Notes: a model not told the origin generated them from the letters alone. A stretch of 64,000 nucleotides of DNA from Escherichia coli (GCF_003334355.1 NZ_QOWP01000001.1), one strand, 5' to 3'. Positions 32,140-46,364 are shown, numbered from the stretch's first letter. Numbers and translations are program-made.

Positions 32140-32574
32140 TTGCATCCCTTTCATTTAATGAGTTATGTCTTCTCAAATTTCGCGATGCAATAAACGGGCA
32201 TATATTAGGTAGCATGACCGTTTTAATTATAATTTTGCGACTGAGTTCAAATTATTGCCCCTCAAACTATGCCGCTTTCATTATTTCAACATTGCCGATC
32301 AAAAGAGCGCTATCCAGATAAAAACGATTAAATGCGAGAGTGCGACATGCCAGAATGATTAATGAAATATCAATATGAGAAAATTACAGATAATTCCATT
32401 GTCAGGTTCTCTTGTCATTTTCGTGGTTTAAGCACGATTATGTGATTGCCTCCGCAATTCCTGTCTCTAACTTCCCTTCCTCGCAAAAACTGGCACTCCA
32501 CGAGCATGTGTTTAGACAGTTTCATTAACGTAAACGGTTGCTTTTTACTCTGGCGGGCGAAAGGAGAAACACTG

Positions 32575-34023
32575 ATGAGCGCCATAGATTCCCAACTTCC
32601 CTCATCTTCTGGGCAAGACCGCCCAACTGATGAGGTTGACCGCATATTATCACCAGGAAAGCTGATCATACTCGGTCTGCAACACGTCCTTGTCATGTAC
32701 GCAGGTGCAGTCGCTGTTCCTCTTATGATTGGTGACCGACTGGGCCTCTCAAAAGAAGCTATTGCGATGCTCATTAGCTCGGATCTCTTTTGCTGCGGGA
32801 TCGTCACATTATTGCAATGTATCGGTATCGGCCGCTTTATGGGGATCCGCCTGCCGGTGATTATGTCGGTGACCTTTGCTGCTGTAACACCAATGATAGC
32901 CATTGGGATGAACCCGGATATCGGCCTGCTGGGGATATTTGGTGCCACTATTGCCGCGGGTTTTATCACCACATTATTAGCGCCACTTATCGGTCGCTTG
33001 ATGCCTTTATTCCCGCCACTGGTTACCGGTGTGGTTATTACTTCTATTGGGCTTAGCATCATTCAGGTGGGTATTGACTGGGCCGCCGGAGGTAAAGGGA
33101 ATCCGCAATATGGTAATCCCGTTTATTTAGGTATCTCCTTTGCCGTCTTAATTTTTATCTTGCTCATTACTCGCTATGCGAAAGGATTTATGTCCAACGT
33201 CGCCGTATTACTGGGGATTGTATTTGGCTTTTTACTTTCGTGGATGATGAATGAAGTCAATTTATCCGGGCTACATGATGCCTCGTGGTTTGCGATTGTC
33301 ACCCCGATGTCGTTTGGTATGCCGATTTTCGATCCCGTTTCCATTCTGACCATGACTGCCGTGTTAATCATCGTGTTTATCGAGTCGATGGGGATGTTCC
33401 TGGCACTGGGTGAAATAGTCGGTCGTAAACTCTCTTCACACGATATTATTCGCGGGCTGCGTGTCGATGGCGTAGGGACAATGATAGGCGGAACGTTTAA
33501 CAGCTTCCCCCACACGTCATTTTCACAAAACGTTGGCCTGGTTAGCGTGACGCGTGTTCATAGCCGCTGGGTGTGTATTTCTTCGGGAATTATATTAATC
33601 CTGTTTGGCATGGTGCCAAAAATGGCGGTGCTGGTCGCCTCCATTCCGCAATTTGTGCTGGGCGGCGCTGGGCTGGTGATGTTCGGCATGGTACTGGCGA
33701 CAGGGATTCGAATTCTGTCGCGCTGTAACTACACCACCAACCGTTACAACCTCTATATTGTGGCGATCAGTCTCGGCGTTGGCATGACTCCGACGCTCTC
33801 TCACGATTTCTTTTCTAAGTTACCGGCCGTACTGCAACCGCTGCTACATAGCGGCATTATGCTCGCAACCCTTAGCGCCGTTGTGCTGAACGTCTTCTTT
33901 AATGGCTATCAGCATCATGCTGACCTGGTGAAGGAATCCGTCTCTGATAAAGATTTAAAAGTCAGGACAGTACGTATGTGGCTTCTGATGCGCAAGCTGA
34001 AGAAAAATGAGCATGGAGAATAA
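32575..34023 (+). CDS. uacT: Uric acid transporter (NCS2/NAT family)
   Basis: ORF 32446..34023; polytopic membrane protein of the NAT family. Start at the internal ATG (MSAIDSQLP, 482 aa). Confidence 0.88.
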   Translation: MSAIDSQLPSSSGQDRPTDEVDRILSPGKLIILGLQHVLVMYAGAVAVPLMIGDRLGLSKEAIAMLISSDLFCCGIVTLLQCIGIGRFMGIRLPVIMSVTFAAVTPMIAIGMNPDIGLLGIFGATIAAGFITTLLAPLIGRLMPLFPPLVTGVVITSIGLSIIQVGIDWAAGGKGNPQYGNPVYLGISFAVLIFILLITRYAKGFMSNVAVLLGIVFGFLLSWMMNEVNLSGLHDASWFAIVTPMSFGMPIFDPVSILTMTAVLIIVFIESMGMFLALGEIVGRKLSSHDIIRGLRVDGVGTMIGGTFNSFPHTSFSQNVGLVSVTRVHSRWVCISSGIILILFGMVPKMAVLVASIPQFVLGGAGLVMFGMVLATGIRILSRCNYTTNRYNLYIVAISLGVGMTPTLSHDFFSKLPAVLQPLLHSGIMLATLSAVVLNVFFNGYQHHADLVKESVSDKDLKVRTVRMWLLMRKLKKNEHGE

Positions 34024-34272
34024 TATGAATCTTTTAATGCGCGCTATATTCAGTCTGTTGTTGCTTTTTACTCTCTCTATTCCTGTCATTTCTGACTGTG
34101 TTGCAATGGCCATTGAAAGTCGCTTCAAATATATGATGCTACTTTTTTAAATGGTTTTTACCTGTCGGCATCCGCTCAAAACGGGCGGTTGTCGATAAAC
34201 GCTCACTTGGTTAATCATTTCACTCTTCAATTATCTATAATGATGAGTGATCAGAATTACATGTGAGAAATT

Positions 34273-34821
34273 ATGCAAACGGAACACGTCATTTTATTGA
34301 ATGCACAGGGAGTTCCCACGGGTACGCTGGAAAAGTATGCCGCACACACGGCAGACACCCTCTTACATCTCGCGTTCTCCAGTTGGCTGTTTAATGCCAA
34401 AGGACAATTATTAGTTACCCGCCGCGCACTGAGCAAAAAAGCATGGCCTGGCGTGTGGACTAACTCGGTTTGTGGGCACCCACAACTGGGAGAAAGCAAC
34501 GAAGACGCAGTGATCCGCCGTTGCCGTTATGAGCTTGGCGTGGAAATTACGCCTCCTGAATCTATCTATCCTGACTTTCGCTACCGCGCCACCGATCCGA
34601 GTGGCATTGTGGAAAATGAAGTGTGTCCGGTATTTGCCGCACGCACGACCAGTGCGTTACAGATCAATGATGATGAAGTGATGGATTATCAATGGTGTGA
34701 TTTAGCAGATGTATTACACGGTATTGATGCCACGCCGTGGGCGTTCAGTCCGTGGATGGTGATGCAGGCAGCCAATAGTGAAGCAAGAAAATTGTTGTCT
34801 GCTTTCGCGCAGCACAATTAA
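34273..34821 (+). CDS. idi: Isopentenyl-diphosphate delta-isomerase (Nudix type 1)
   Basis: 182-aa ORF; recognised as the E. coli Idi sequence ([17 protein letters not shown]). Confidence 0.95.
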   Translation: MQTEHVILLNAQGVPTGTLEKYAAHTADTLLHLAFSSWLFNAKGQLLVTRRALSKKAWPGVWTNSVCGHPQLGESNEDAVIRRCRYELGVEITPPESIYPDFRYRATDPSGIVENEVCPVFAARTTSALQINDDEVMDYQWCDLADVLHGIDATPWAFSPWMVMQAANSEARKLLSAFAQHN

Positions 34822-34863
34822 AAAACCCCGACATTTGCCGGGGTTATGAGCATAACGTAATGC

Positions 34864-36381
34864 TTATTTCACCGGACGCATCGCCGGGAACAGAATAACG
34901 TCGCGGATGGTATGGCTGTTGGTGAACAGCATTACCATACGGTCGATACCAATCCCCAGACCTGCTGTCGGCGGTAAGCCATGTTCCAGTGCGGTGACGT
35001 AATCTTCATCGTAGAACATCGCTTCGTCGTCACCTGCATCTTTCGCGGCAACCTGATCCAGGAAGCGCTGCGCCTGATCTTCCGCGTCATTCAGCTCGCT
35101 AAAGCCGTTACCGATTTCACGACCACCAATGAAGAACTCAAAGCGGTCTGTGATTTCCGGGTTAACGTCGTTACGACGCGCCAGCGGAGAAACTTCTGCC
35201 GGATATTCAGTAATGAAGGTCGGCTGAATCAGATGTGCTTCTGCCACTTCTTCGAAGATCTCGGTAACGATACGGCCCAGACCCCAGCTCTTCTCAACGT
35301 GGATGCCGATAGATTCAGCAATCGCTTTTGCAGAGTCGAAGTTGTCCAGATCCGCCATGTCGGTTTCCGGGCGATATTTCTTGATCGCTTCACGCATGGT
35401 CAGTTTTTCGAACGGTTTACCGAAGTCCAGCGTCACGTCGCCGTAGGTCACTTCCGTCTTACCGAGAATATCCTGTGCCAGAGTACGGAACAGCGATTCG
35501 GTCAGCTCGATCAGATCTTTGTAATCTGCGTAAGCCATATAGAGTTCCATCATGGTGAACTCTGGGTTATGACGTACGGAAATACCTTCGTTACGGAAGT
35601 TACGGTTGATTTCGAATACACGCTCGAAGCCACCGACCACCAGACGCTTGAGGTACAGTTCCGGCGCGATACGCAGGTACATGTCAAGATCCAGCGCGTT
35701 ATGATGGGTGATAAACGGACGCGCAGCCGCACCGCCTGGGATCACCTGCATCATCGGCGTTTCAACTTCCATAAAGCCGCGATTTACCATGAACTGGCGA
35801 ATGCCAGAGAGGATCTGCGAACGCACTTTAAAGGTGTTGCGGGATTCATCGTTAGAGATGAGATCCAGATAACGCTGACGATAGCGCGCTTCCTGATCCT
35901 GCAAGCCGTGGAATTTGTCCGGCAGCGGACGCAGTGCTTTGGTCAGCAGACGCAGCTCGGTGCAGTGGATAGACAGTTCGCCGGTTTTGGTTTTGAACAG
36001 TTTACCTTTCGCGCCGAGGATGTCGCCGAGATCCCATTTTTTGAACTGCTCGTTGTAAACGCCTTCCGGAAGATCGTCACGGGCAACGTACAGCTGAATA
36101 CGACCGCCAACGTCCTGCAGGGTAACAAAAGAGGCTTTACCCATAATACGGCGGGTCATCATGCGGCCAGCAACGGCGACTTCGATGTTCAGCGCTTCCA
36201 GTTCTTCGTTCTCTTTACCGTCGAATTCTGCGTGCAATTGGTCAGAGGTATGATCGCGACGGAAATCGTTCGGGAAGGCAATTCCCTGCTCACGCAGGTT
36301 CGCCAGCTTCTCACGACGCGTTTTCAGTTCATTGTTAAGATCGACTACCGCGTCAGCGCCCTGTGCGTGTTGTTCAGACAT
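34864..36381 (-). CDS. lysS: Lysyl-tRNA synthetase (class II), constitutive
   Basis: 505-aa ORF; class II aaRS motifs; 9 bp downstream of prfB in the prfB-lysS operon arrangement. Confidence 0.96.
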
Positions 36382-36390
36382 GTTGGTTCC

Positions 36391-37489
36391 TCATAACCCT
36401 GCTTTCAAACTTGCTTCGATAAATTGATCCAGGCTGCCGTCCAGCACGGCCTGCGTGTTGCGGGTTTCTACCCCGGTGCGCAGATCTTTAATGCGGGAGT
36501 CATCAAGGACATAAGAACGAATCTGGCTGCCCCAGCCGATGTCAGATTTGTTATCTTCCATCGCCTGTTTCTCAGCATTTTTCTTCTGCATCTCCAGTTC
36601 ATAAAGCTTCGCTTTCATCTGCTTCATGGCCTGGTCTTTGTTCTTGTGCTGGGAACGGTCGTTCTGGCACTGGGTCACGATCCCGGTCGGGATGTGGGTA
36701 ATACGCACCGCAGATTCGGTACGGTTAACGTGCTGACCGCCCGCGCCGGACGCGCGATAAACGTCAATGCGCAAATCCGCCGGGTTGATTTCGATATCAA
36801 TATCATCATCAACTTCCGGGTAAACAAACGCAGAGCTGAACGACGTATGGCGACGACCGCCGGAGTCAAACGGGCTCTTACGCACCAGGCGGTGAACGCC
36901 AGTTTCTGTACGCAGCCAGCCGTAAGCGTAATCGCCGGAGATTTTGATCGTCACGGATTTAATACCCGCCACTTCACCTTCCGACTCTTCGATGATTTCA
37001 GTTTTGAAACCACGCGATTCTGCCCAGCGCAGATACATACGCTCAAGCATGCTCGCCCAGTCCTGTGCTTCCGTACCGCCAGACCCCGCCTGAATATCGA
37101 GGTAGCAGTCGGCGCTGTCATATTCGCCAGAGAACATACGGCGGAACTCAAGCTGCGCCAGTTTTTCTTCCAGGGCGTCGAGTTCAGCAACGGCTTCGTT
37201 AAAGGTTTCTTCGTCGTCAGCTTCTACAGCCAGTTCCAGCAGACCAGAAACATCTTCCAGCCCCTGTTTCATTTGGTCGAGGGTGTCGACAACGGCTTCG
37301 AGGGAGGAACGCTCTTTACCCAGCGCCTGTGCGCGTTCGGGTTCGTTCCAGACATCCGGCTGTTCCAGCTCGGCGTTTACTTCTTCCAGACGCTCTTTCT
37401 TGGCGTCGTAGTCAAAGATACCCCCTAAGAACGTCGGAGCGTTCCGTGAGGTCCTGAATGCGATTATTTACCGGATTAATTTCAAACAT
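36391..37489 (-). CDS. prfB: Peptide chain release factor 2, expressed via programmed +1 ribosomal frameshift
   Basis: ATG at 37489 gives [25 protein letters not shown], then in-frame TGA at 37412..37414 within CTT TGA C preceded by the SD-like AGGGGG; the +1 frame continues [12 protein letters not shown] to the stop at 36391 (365 aa total). GGQ motif present (SGAGGQHVN). Confidence 0.95.
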
Positions 37490-37579
37490 GGTCTGATTTC
37501 TTTTATTGAGCTAGTCAAAATGCGGTGATAAGAGCGGGATTGTACCCAATCCACGCTCTTTTTTATAGAGAAGATGACG

Positions 37580-39313
37580 CTAAATTGGCCAGATACTGTC
37601 GATGATAATTTGCAGGCTGCGGTTGCCGCGAAACTCGTTGATATCGAGCTTATAAGTCAGTTGCACTTCGCGCACGCCGTTATCCGGCCAGAGGGCGGTA
37701 TCGACATTAAAAGCAATACCATCCAGCAGTGGACCGCCGCCGACCGGTTCGACCATCACCTTCAAATGACGTTCGCCCACCAGCCGCTGTTGCAGCAGAC
37801 GGAAATGACCGTCAAACAGCGGCTCCGGGAACATCTGCCCCCACGGGCCAGCATCGCGCAGCAGCTGCGCCACTTCCATGGTCATTTCGGCCGGGCTTAA
37901 CGGACCGTCTGATACCACTTCGCCTTGCAATAGCGAAGGGTCCAGCCACTCAGTAACCAGTTCGCCAAACCGTTGTTGAAAGAGTTTGAATTTATCCTCT
38001 TCCAGCGACAAACCCGCCGCCATCGCATGACCGCCAAACTTCAGCATCATGCCAGGGTAGAGTGTGTCTAATCGCTCCAGCGCATCACGCATATGCAGCC
38101 CCTGAATGGAGCGACCGGAACCTTTCAGCGTACCGTCACCTGCTGGCGCAAACGCGATAACCGGACGGTGAAAACGCTCTTTGATGCGCGAAGCCAGAAT
38201 ACCGACAACGCCCTGATGCCATTCGGGGTGATACATTGCCAGCCCGCCGGGTAGCGTGTCACGGCTGCGCTCCAGTTTCTCGCACAGGGTCAGGGCTTCA
38301 ATTTGCATTCCTTGTTCGATCTCTTTTCGCGTCTGGTTTAGCGCATCGAGTTCATTTGCCAGCACGCGCGCTTCGCCGATGTTGTCGCACAACAACAGCG
38401 CCACACCGACGGACATATCGTCCAGTCGTCCGGCAGCATTGAGACGTGGCCCCAGCGCAAAACCTAAATCGCTGGCGGCGAGTTTTTGTGCATCACGGTT
38501 TGCCACTTCAAGCAGCGCTTTAATCCCCGGACGGCACTTTCCGGCTCGGATGCGACTCATCCCCTGCCAGGTCAGAATGCGATTATTAGCGTCCAGCGGC
38601 ACGACGTCCGCCACTGTCCCCAGCGCGACCAGATCCAGCAGTTCTGCCAGGTTAGGAATTGCGATGTTACGCTCATCAAACCAGCCCTGATCGCGCAAAA
38701 AGGTGCGCAGCGCCAGCATCAGATAAAACGCCACACCCACGCCTGCCAGTGATTTCGACGGGAAATTACAGTCGCGCAAGTTAGGGTTAATGATCGCTTC
38801 CGCTGCGGGTAATGTGTCGCCCGGCAAATGGTGATCGGTAACAATAACCGGGATGCCCAACGAGCGAGCGTGCTCAACTCCCGCATGGGAGGAAATACCG
38901 TTATCCACCGTGACAATTAACTGCGCGCCACGGGCATGGGCCTGATCGACCACTTCCGGGCTTAAGCCGTAACCGTCTTCGAAACGGTTTGGTACCAGGT
39001 AGTCGATATTGCTGCAACCAAGCGAGCGCATCGCCAGCACGCTTAGAGCCGTGCTGGTGGCACCGTCGGCGTCGAAATCACCGACCACAATAATCCGCGT
39101 TCCTTCGCGAAAAGCGTTGTAAAGGATCTCAACGGCCTTTTCGACGCCGCTCAGTTGCTGCCAGGGCAGCATACCTTTAACACTGCGTTCCAGTTCTTGC
39201 GCACTGCGTACTCCCCGGCTGGCGTATAAACGGCGCAGCAAGGGAGGCAATTCCGCGGGCAAGTCTGCCGTTTCATCGACTTCACGGCGACGAAGTTGTA
39301 TCTGTTGTTTCAC
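37580..39313 (-). CDS. recJ: Single-stranded-DNA-specific 5'-3' exonuclease RecJ
   Basis: 577-aa ORF; DHH phosphoesterase motifs (DHH in VIVTDHHLPG). Confidence 0.95.
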   Translation of the reverse strand: MKQQIQLRRREVDETADLPAELPPLLRRLYASRGVRSAQELERSVKGMLPWQQLSGVEKAVEILYNAFREGTRIIVVGDFDADGATSTALSVLAMRSLGCSNIDYLVPNRFEDGYGLSPEVVDQAHARGAQLIVTVDNGISSHAGVEHARSLGIPVIVTDHHLPGDTLPAAEAIINPNLRDCNFPSKSLAGVGVAFYLMLALRTFLRDQGWFDERNIAIPNLAELLDLVALGTVADVVPLDANNRILTWQGMSRIRAGKCRPGIKALLEVANRDAQKLAASDLGFALGPRLNAAGRLDDMSVGVALLLCDNIGEARVLANELDALNQTRKEIEQGMQIEALTLCEKLERSRDTLPGGLAMYHPEWHQGVVGILASRIKERFHRPVIAFAPAGDGTLKGSGRSIQGLHMRDALERLDTLYPGMMLKFGGHAMAAGLSLEEDKFKLFQQRFGELVTEWLDPSLLQGEVVSDGPLSPAEMTMEVAQLLRDAGPWGQMFPEPLFDGHFRLLQQRLVGERHLKVMVEPVGGGPLLDGIAFNVDTALWPDNGVREVQLTYKLDINEFRGNRSLQIIIDSIWPI

Positions 39314-39318
39314 GCGAA

Positions 39319-40029
39319 TTATTTACCGCTGGTCATTTTTTGGTGTTCGTCGAGGAATTCTTTCATCTCTTTCGGCGGCTGGTAACCCGGAACAAGTGTG
39401 CCATTGCTCAGCACAACTGCCGGAGTACCGCTAACGCCAAGCTGGACGCCAAGTGCGTAATGGTCGGCAATATCCACGTCGCAGCTGGCTGGTGCGACGC
39501 TTTTACCTGCCATCACATCATCAAACGCTTTGTTTTTATCTTTCGCACACCAGATAGCTTTCATTTCTTTCTCTGCATCGCTGTCCAGCCCCTGGCGCGG
39601 GAAAGCAAGATAACGCACGGTGATCCCCAGTGCGTTGTAGTCTGCCATTTGCTCATGCAGTTTGTGGCAGTAACCACAGGTAATATCAGTAAACACGGTG
39701 ATGACGTGTTTTTCCTGCGGCGCTTTATAAACGATCATCTCTTTTTCAAGCGCATTCAACTGCTTTAGCAACATCTTATTGGTGACATTGACCGGAGCCG
39801 TGCCGCTAACGTCATACATTGGCCCCTGAATGATATGTTTACCATCATCGGTGATGTACAACACACCGCTGTTAGTCAGAACTGTCTTCATGCCAGCTAC
39901 GGGCGCGGGCTGAATATCGCTGCTTTTGATGCCCATTTTGGCTAACGTTTGTTGAATTGCCGCGTCATCAGCCTGAGCAAAGCCTGAAAACGCCGCTAAC
40001 AAAGTAAACAACATAAAACCTTTCTTCAT
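39319..40029 (-). CDS. dsbC: Periplasmic thiol:disulfide interchange protein (disulfide isomerase) DsbC
   Basis: 236-aa ORF with signal peptide and CGYC active site. Confidence 0.95.
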   Translation of the reverse strand: MKKGFMLFTLLAAFSGFAQADDAAIQQTLAKMGIKSSDIQPAPVAGMKTVLTNSGVLYITDDGKHIIQGPMYDVSGTAPVNVTNKMLLKQLNALEKEMIVYKAPQEKHVITVFTDITCGYCHKLHEQMADYNALGITVRYLAFPRQGLDSDAEKEMKAIWCAKDKNKAFDDVMAGKSVAPASCDVDIADHYALGVQLGVSGTPAVVLSNGTLVPGYQPPKEMKEFLDEHQKMTSGK

Positions 40030-40053
40030 AAATCTTCCCGTTCTTTTCAGACA

Positions 40054-40950
40054 TCACGCCCGCGGGTGATGCTGTTGATGAAGTTGCCGCAGACGCTCGG
40101 TAGCGACATGCGTATAAATTTGCGTGGTGGAGAGATCGCTGTGGCCCAGTAGCATCTGCACCACGCGTAAATCCGCACCATGATTTAATAAGTGAGTGGC
40201 AAAAGCGTGACGCAACACATGCGGTGACAGCTTTTCGCTGTCGATACCCGCCAGCACGGCATAATGTTTAATGCGGTGCCAGAAGGTCTGTCGCGTCATC
40301 TGCTGCGCACGCTGGCTGGGAAACAACACGTCAATTGACACACCATTCAGTAGCCACGGACGCCCATGTTCCAGATAGGTTTCCAGCCAGTAAACCGCCT
40401 CTTCACCTAACGGCACCAGGCGCTCTTTGTTGCCTTTACCAATGACCCGCACTACTCCCTGACGCAGGCTGATATCACTCATTGTCAGCCCGACCAGTTC
40501 AGAGACACGCAGCCCGGTAGCATACAACACTTCAAGCATGGCTTTATCGCGTAGCTCCAGTGGCTGATCAATTAATGGTGCCTGTAATAAACGTTCAACC
40601 TGCGCTTCGCTTAAATCTTTTGGCAAACGCTGGGGCAATTTCGGTGAAGCGAGATGCGCACTGGGATCGTCTTCACGAAACTTTTCGCGATAAAGATACT
40701 GGAACAATCGGCGCACTGCACTCAGCAAACGCGCTGAGCTGGTGGCTTTATACCCGCCCTCCAGCCGTTCTGCCAGTAATGCCTGCAAATCGTCACTTTG
40801 CGCCGTCGCCAGCGTCAACCCGCGGTGATGCAACCACTCCACCATCATTGACAGATCGCGACGGTAAGCGTTCAACGTATTTTCAGCCAGATTTTTTTCC
40901 AGCCACAGAGCATCAAGAAACTGCTCGATGCGTGCCAGATCCTGTTTCAC
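40054..40950 (-). CDS. xerD: Tyrosine site-specific recombinase XerD (chromosome dimer resolution)
   Basis: 298-aa ORF; tyrosine recombinase catalytic residues (R...HxxR...Y; LGHSDLSTTQIYTHV). Confidence 0.95.
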   Translation of the reverse strand: MKQDLARIEQFLDALWLEKNLAENTLNAYRRDLSMMVEWLHHRGLTLATAQSDDLQALLAERLEGGYKATSSARLLSAVRRLFQYLYREKFREDDPSAHLASPKLPQRLPKDLSEAQVERLLQAPLIDQPLELRDKAMLEVLYATGLRVSELVGLTMSDISLRQGVVRVIGKGNKERLVPLGEEAVYWLETYLEHGRPWLLNGVSIDVLFPSQRAQQMTRQTFWHRIKHYAVLAGIDSEKLSPHVLRHAFATHLLNHGADLRVVQMLLGHSDLSTTQIYTHVATERLRQLHQQHHPRA

Positions 40951-41061
40951 TTGCGCCCCTTATGGTCACTCATTTGATCCATTATGCCTTATTGTGCCGT
41001 GACTAAAGCGATTCTGATACACTAGCCGCAAAAGCCACAGCAGAATCGAGAAGCTTACGTT

Positions 41062-41583
41062 ATGAATATGGGTCTTTTTTACGGTTCCAGCACCTGTTAC
41101 ACCGAAATGGCGGCAGAAAAAATCCGCGATATTATCGGCCCAGAACTGGTGACCTTACATAACCTCAAGGACGACTCCCCGAAATTAATGGAGCAGTACG
41201 ATGTGCTCATTCTGGGTATCCCGACCTGGGATTTTGGCGAAATCCAGGAAGACTGGGAAGCCGTCTGGGATCAGCTCGACGACCTGAACCTCGAAGGTAA
41301 AATTGTTGCGCTGTATGGGCTTGGCGATCAACTCGGGTACGGTGAATGGTTCCTCGATGCGCTAGGGATGCTGCATGACAAACTTTCTACCAAAGGCGTG
41401 AAGTTCGTCGGCTACTGGCCAACGGAAGGATATGAATTTACCAGCCCGAAACCGGTGATTGCTGACGGGCAACTGTTCGTGGGTCTGGCGCTGGATGAAA
41501 CTAACCAGTATGACCTTAGCGACGAGCGTATTCAGAGCTGGTGCGAGCAAATCCTCAACGAAATGGCAGAGCATTACGCCTGA
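41062..41583 (+). CDS. fldB: Flavodoxin 2
   Basis: 173-aa ORF; flavodoxin FMN-binding sequence ([15 protein letters not shown]). Confidence 0.93.
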
Positions 41584-41622
41584 TCTCACTGACGGCTTAG
41601 CGCATATGCTTTGCCGTCATCT

Positions 41623-42289
<667 letters not shown>

Positions 42290-42519
42290 TCACGAAAATC
42301 CAGTACCCCGCTATTGTAACGTGTTTTTCGACTTCTTTTACGGGAATATCAGTAAACACAATCGCGATCGCGAAATTAATTCACAACAATTCAAGGGCTT
42401 CATTTTTTTGGAAGTCGCCTCGCAGAAGGCACAGATCGCGTAGTGAAAGCACTTGCATTGCCTCATAGCTCTTTTACCATTAGTCATTAATACGCCGTTA
42501 AGCAACTCAGGACTCTATT

Positions 42520-43500
42520 ATGGCTTTTACACCTTTTCCGCCCCGTCAGCCTACGGCTTCTGCCCGTTTGCCACTGACACTGATGACGCTTGATGACTGG
42601 GCGCTTGCCACCATTACTGGCGCGGACAGCGAAAAATATATGCAGGGTCAGGTGACAGCAGACGTTAGCCAAATGACAGAAGATCAGCACCTGCTGGCCG
42701 CCCATTGCGACGCCAAAGGTAAAATGTGGAGCAATTTACGTCTGTTCCGCGACGGCGATGGCTTTGCGTGGATTGAACGGCGCAGCGTGTGTGAACCGCA
42801 GCTGACTGAACTGAAAAAATATGCGGTATTCTCTAAAGTGACCATCGCGCCAGACGACGAGCGTGTGCTGCTTGGTGTTGCCGGTTTTCAGGCGCGCGCC
42901 GCGCTGGCAAACCTCTTTAGTGTATTACCTTCGAAGGAAAAGCAGGTTATCAGAGAAGATGCGACTACCCTGCTATGGTTTGAACATCCGGCAGAACGTT
43001 TCCTGATCGTAACCGATGAAGCTACTGCCAATATGCTGACCGATAAACTGCGCGGTGAAGCGGAACTGAACAATAGCCAACAGTGGCTGGCATTAAACAT
43101 TGAAGCTGGTTTCCCGGTGATTGATGCCGCCAACAGCGGGCAGTTTATCCCACAGGCGACCAACCTCCAGGCGCTGGGCGGTATCAGCTTTAAGAAAGGC
43201 TGCTATACCGGACAAGAGATGGTGGCGCGAGCAAAATTCCGTGGTGCCAACAAACGCGCGCTCTGGTTGCTGACAGGTAGTGCCAGCCGACTGCCGGAAG
43301 CTGGTGAAGACTTAGAGCTGAAAATGGGCGAGAACTGGCGTCGCACCGGTACGGTGCTGGCTGCGGTAAAACTGGAAGATGGCCAGGTCGTGGTACAAGT
43401 CGTCATGAATAACGATATGGAACCGGACAGCATCTTCCGCGTACGCGACGATGCGAATACATTGCATATCGAGCCGCTGCCGTATTCGCTCGAAGAGTAA
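42520..43500 (+). CDS. ygfZ: Folate-binding protein YgfZ (GcvT-like, Fe-S cluster repair / tRNA modification)
   Basis: 326-aa ORF; recognised as YgfZ with the C-terminal KGCYxGQE motif. Confidence 0.92.
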   Translation: MAFTPFPPRQPTASARLPLTLMTLDDWALATITGADSEKYMQGQVTADVSQMTEDQHLLAAHCDAKGKMWSNLRLFRDGDGFAWIERRSVCEPQLTELKKYAVFSKVTIAPDDERVLLGVAGFQARAALANLFSVLPSKEKQVIREDATTLLWFEHPAERFLIVTDEATANMLTDKLRGEAELNNSQQWLALNIEAGFPVIDAANSGQFIPQATNLQALGGISFKKGCYTGQEMVARAKFRGANKRALWLLTGSASRLPEAGEDLELKMGENWRRTGTVLAAVKLEDGQVVVQVVMNNDMEPDSIFRVRDDANTLHIEPLPYSLEE

Positions 43501-43519
43501 ATCTCTTTATCGCATCAGG

Positions 43520-43685
43520 CATTTATCGCCTGATGCGACGCTGACTCGTCTTATCATGCCTGGGATTTGATACCTTTATCACAACAGGGGCGAGGCCCGT
43601 AAGTCGGATAAGGCGTTCACGCCGCATCCGGCGGTTGCGCTCCGATGCCTGATGCGACGCTGACGCGTCTTATCATGCCTACAAA
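43520..43685. repeat. REP/BIME cluster (three REP units)
   Basis: gcctgatgcgacgctgactcgtcttatcatgcctgg, cggataaggcgttcacgccgcatccggcg and gatgcctgatgcgacgctgacgcgtcttatcatgcctac; the first and third are near-identical direct copies. Confidence 0.8.
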
Positions 43686-43695
43686 GGCACACCCA

Positions 43696-44358
<663 letters not shown>

Positions 44359-44518
44359 TTACTCCGGAGAAACGTACACGCACATGTATACCTCTCCAGC
44401 GTAACTGAGAATAGTTCCAGTGAACACCTATTAGCTAAAATAAATTCTGATTTGAGACTAATCTCCTAAAAATCATGAAATTAAATGCGAAATTTCAACT
44501 AACAGGCGTGAGTTAAAT

Positions 44519-44830
44519 TTAAAGACATTTAAATTCAATCACATAAAATTGTGTCTGACCGGGATAGATGTCAGCAATGACTTTTTTCAGTTCAGTCAGG
44601 GTCATATTTTCCTGCTCTGCATGTTTTTCCGTCAGCGTATCCAGCGTTACGGTTGAGGTTGCGGTGACTTCAATCGTGCAAAAATAACCGTCATCTTCAA
44701 AACGTCCGACACGAAGCACATCACCCGTTTTGAAGTGCGATTCAGACTCGTCGCGGATGGTGATGGTTTTACGCCCAGCCAGAATGTCATCCTGGAAACG
44801 TTGAAAAAAAGTGATGTCGTTTGGCTGCAT
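44519..44830 (-). CDS. yqfB: ASCH-domain protein (N4-acetylcytidine amidohydrolase)
   Basis: 103-aa ORF; recognised as YqfB. Confidence 0.88.
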   Translation of the reverse strand: MQPNDITFFQRFQDDILAGRKTITIRDESESHFKTGDVLRVGRFEDDGYFCTIEVTATSTVTLDTLTEKHAEQENMTLTELKKVIADIYPGQTQFYVIEFKCL

Positions 44831-44847
44831 GGTACTATTTCCTGTAA

Positions 44848-46308
<1,461 letters not shown>

Positions 46309-46320
46309 GTCGATGAAGTA

Positions 46321-46346
46321 CCGGATGCAATACTTGTTGCATCCGG
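46321..46346. terminator. Hairpin between convergent bglA and ygfF (possible bidirectional terminator)
   Basis: ccggatgcaa-tacttg-ttgcatccgg is a perfect 10-bp stem; T-tracts are weak on both sides. Confidence 0.4.
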
Positions 46347-46364
46347 TCAGACAACTTCCCTGTT

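Noticed and set aside
32415-33062. 215-aa minus-strand ORF
   Set aside because: Antisense to the uacT permease gene; a shadow ORF.
37412-37414. In-frame TGA in prfB as evidence of a pseudogene or selenocysteine
   Set aside because: The context (SD-like AGGGGG, CTT TGA C) is the programmed +1 frameshift site; no SECIS-like hairpin follows, and the +1 frame encodes the rest of RF2.
34981-37428. Long plus-strand ORFs of 471 and 334 aa
   Set aside because: They are antisense to lysS and prfB, whose products are unmistakable; the antisense frames are Arg/Phe/Val-rich low-complexity sequence with no recognisable domains.
40054-40950. Tyrosine recombinase as an integrase marking a genomic island
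   Set aside because: The sequence is the housekeeping dimer-resolution recombinase XerD, in its usual xerD-dsbC-recJ context; no att-like repeats, adjacent tRNA or phage genes.
46321-46346. Strong rho-independent terminator call for the bglA/ygfF hairpin
   Set aside because: The stem is perfect but lacks a clear T-tract on either strand, so it is kept only as a low-confidence feature.
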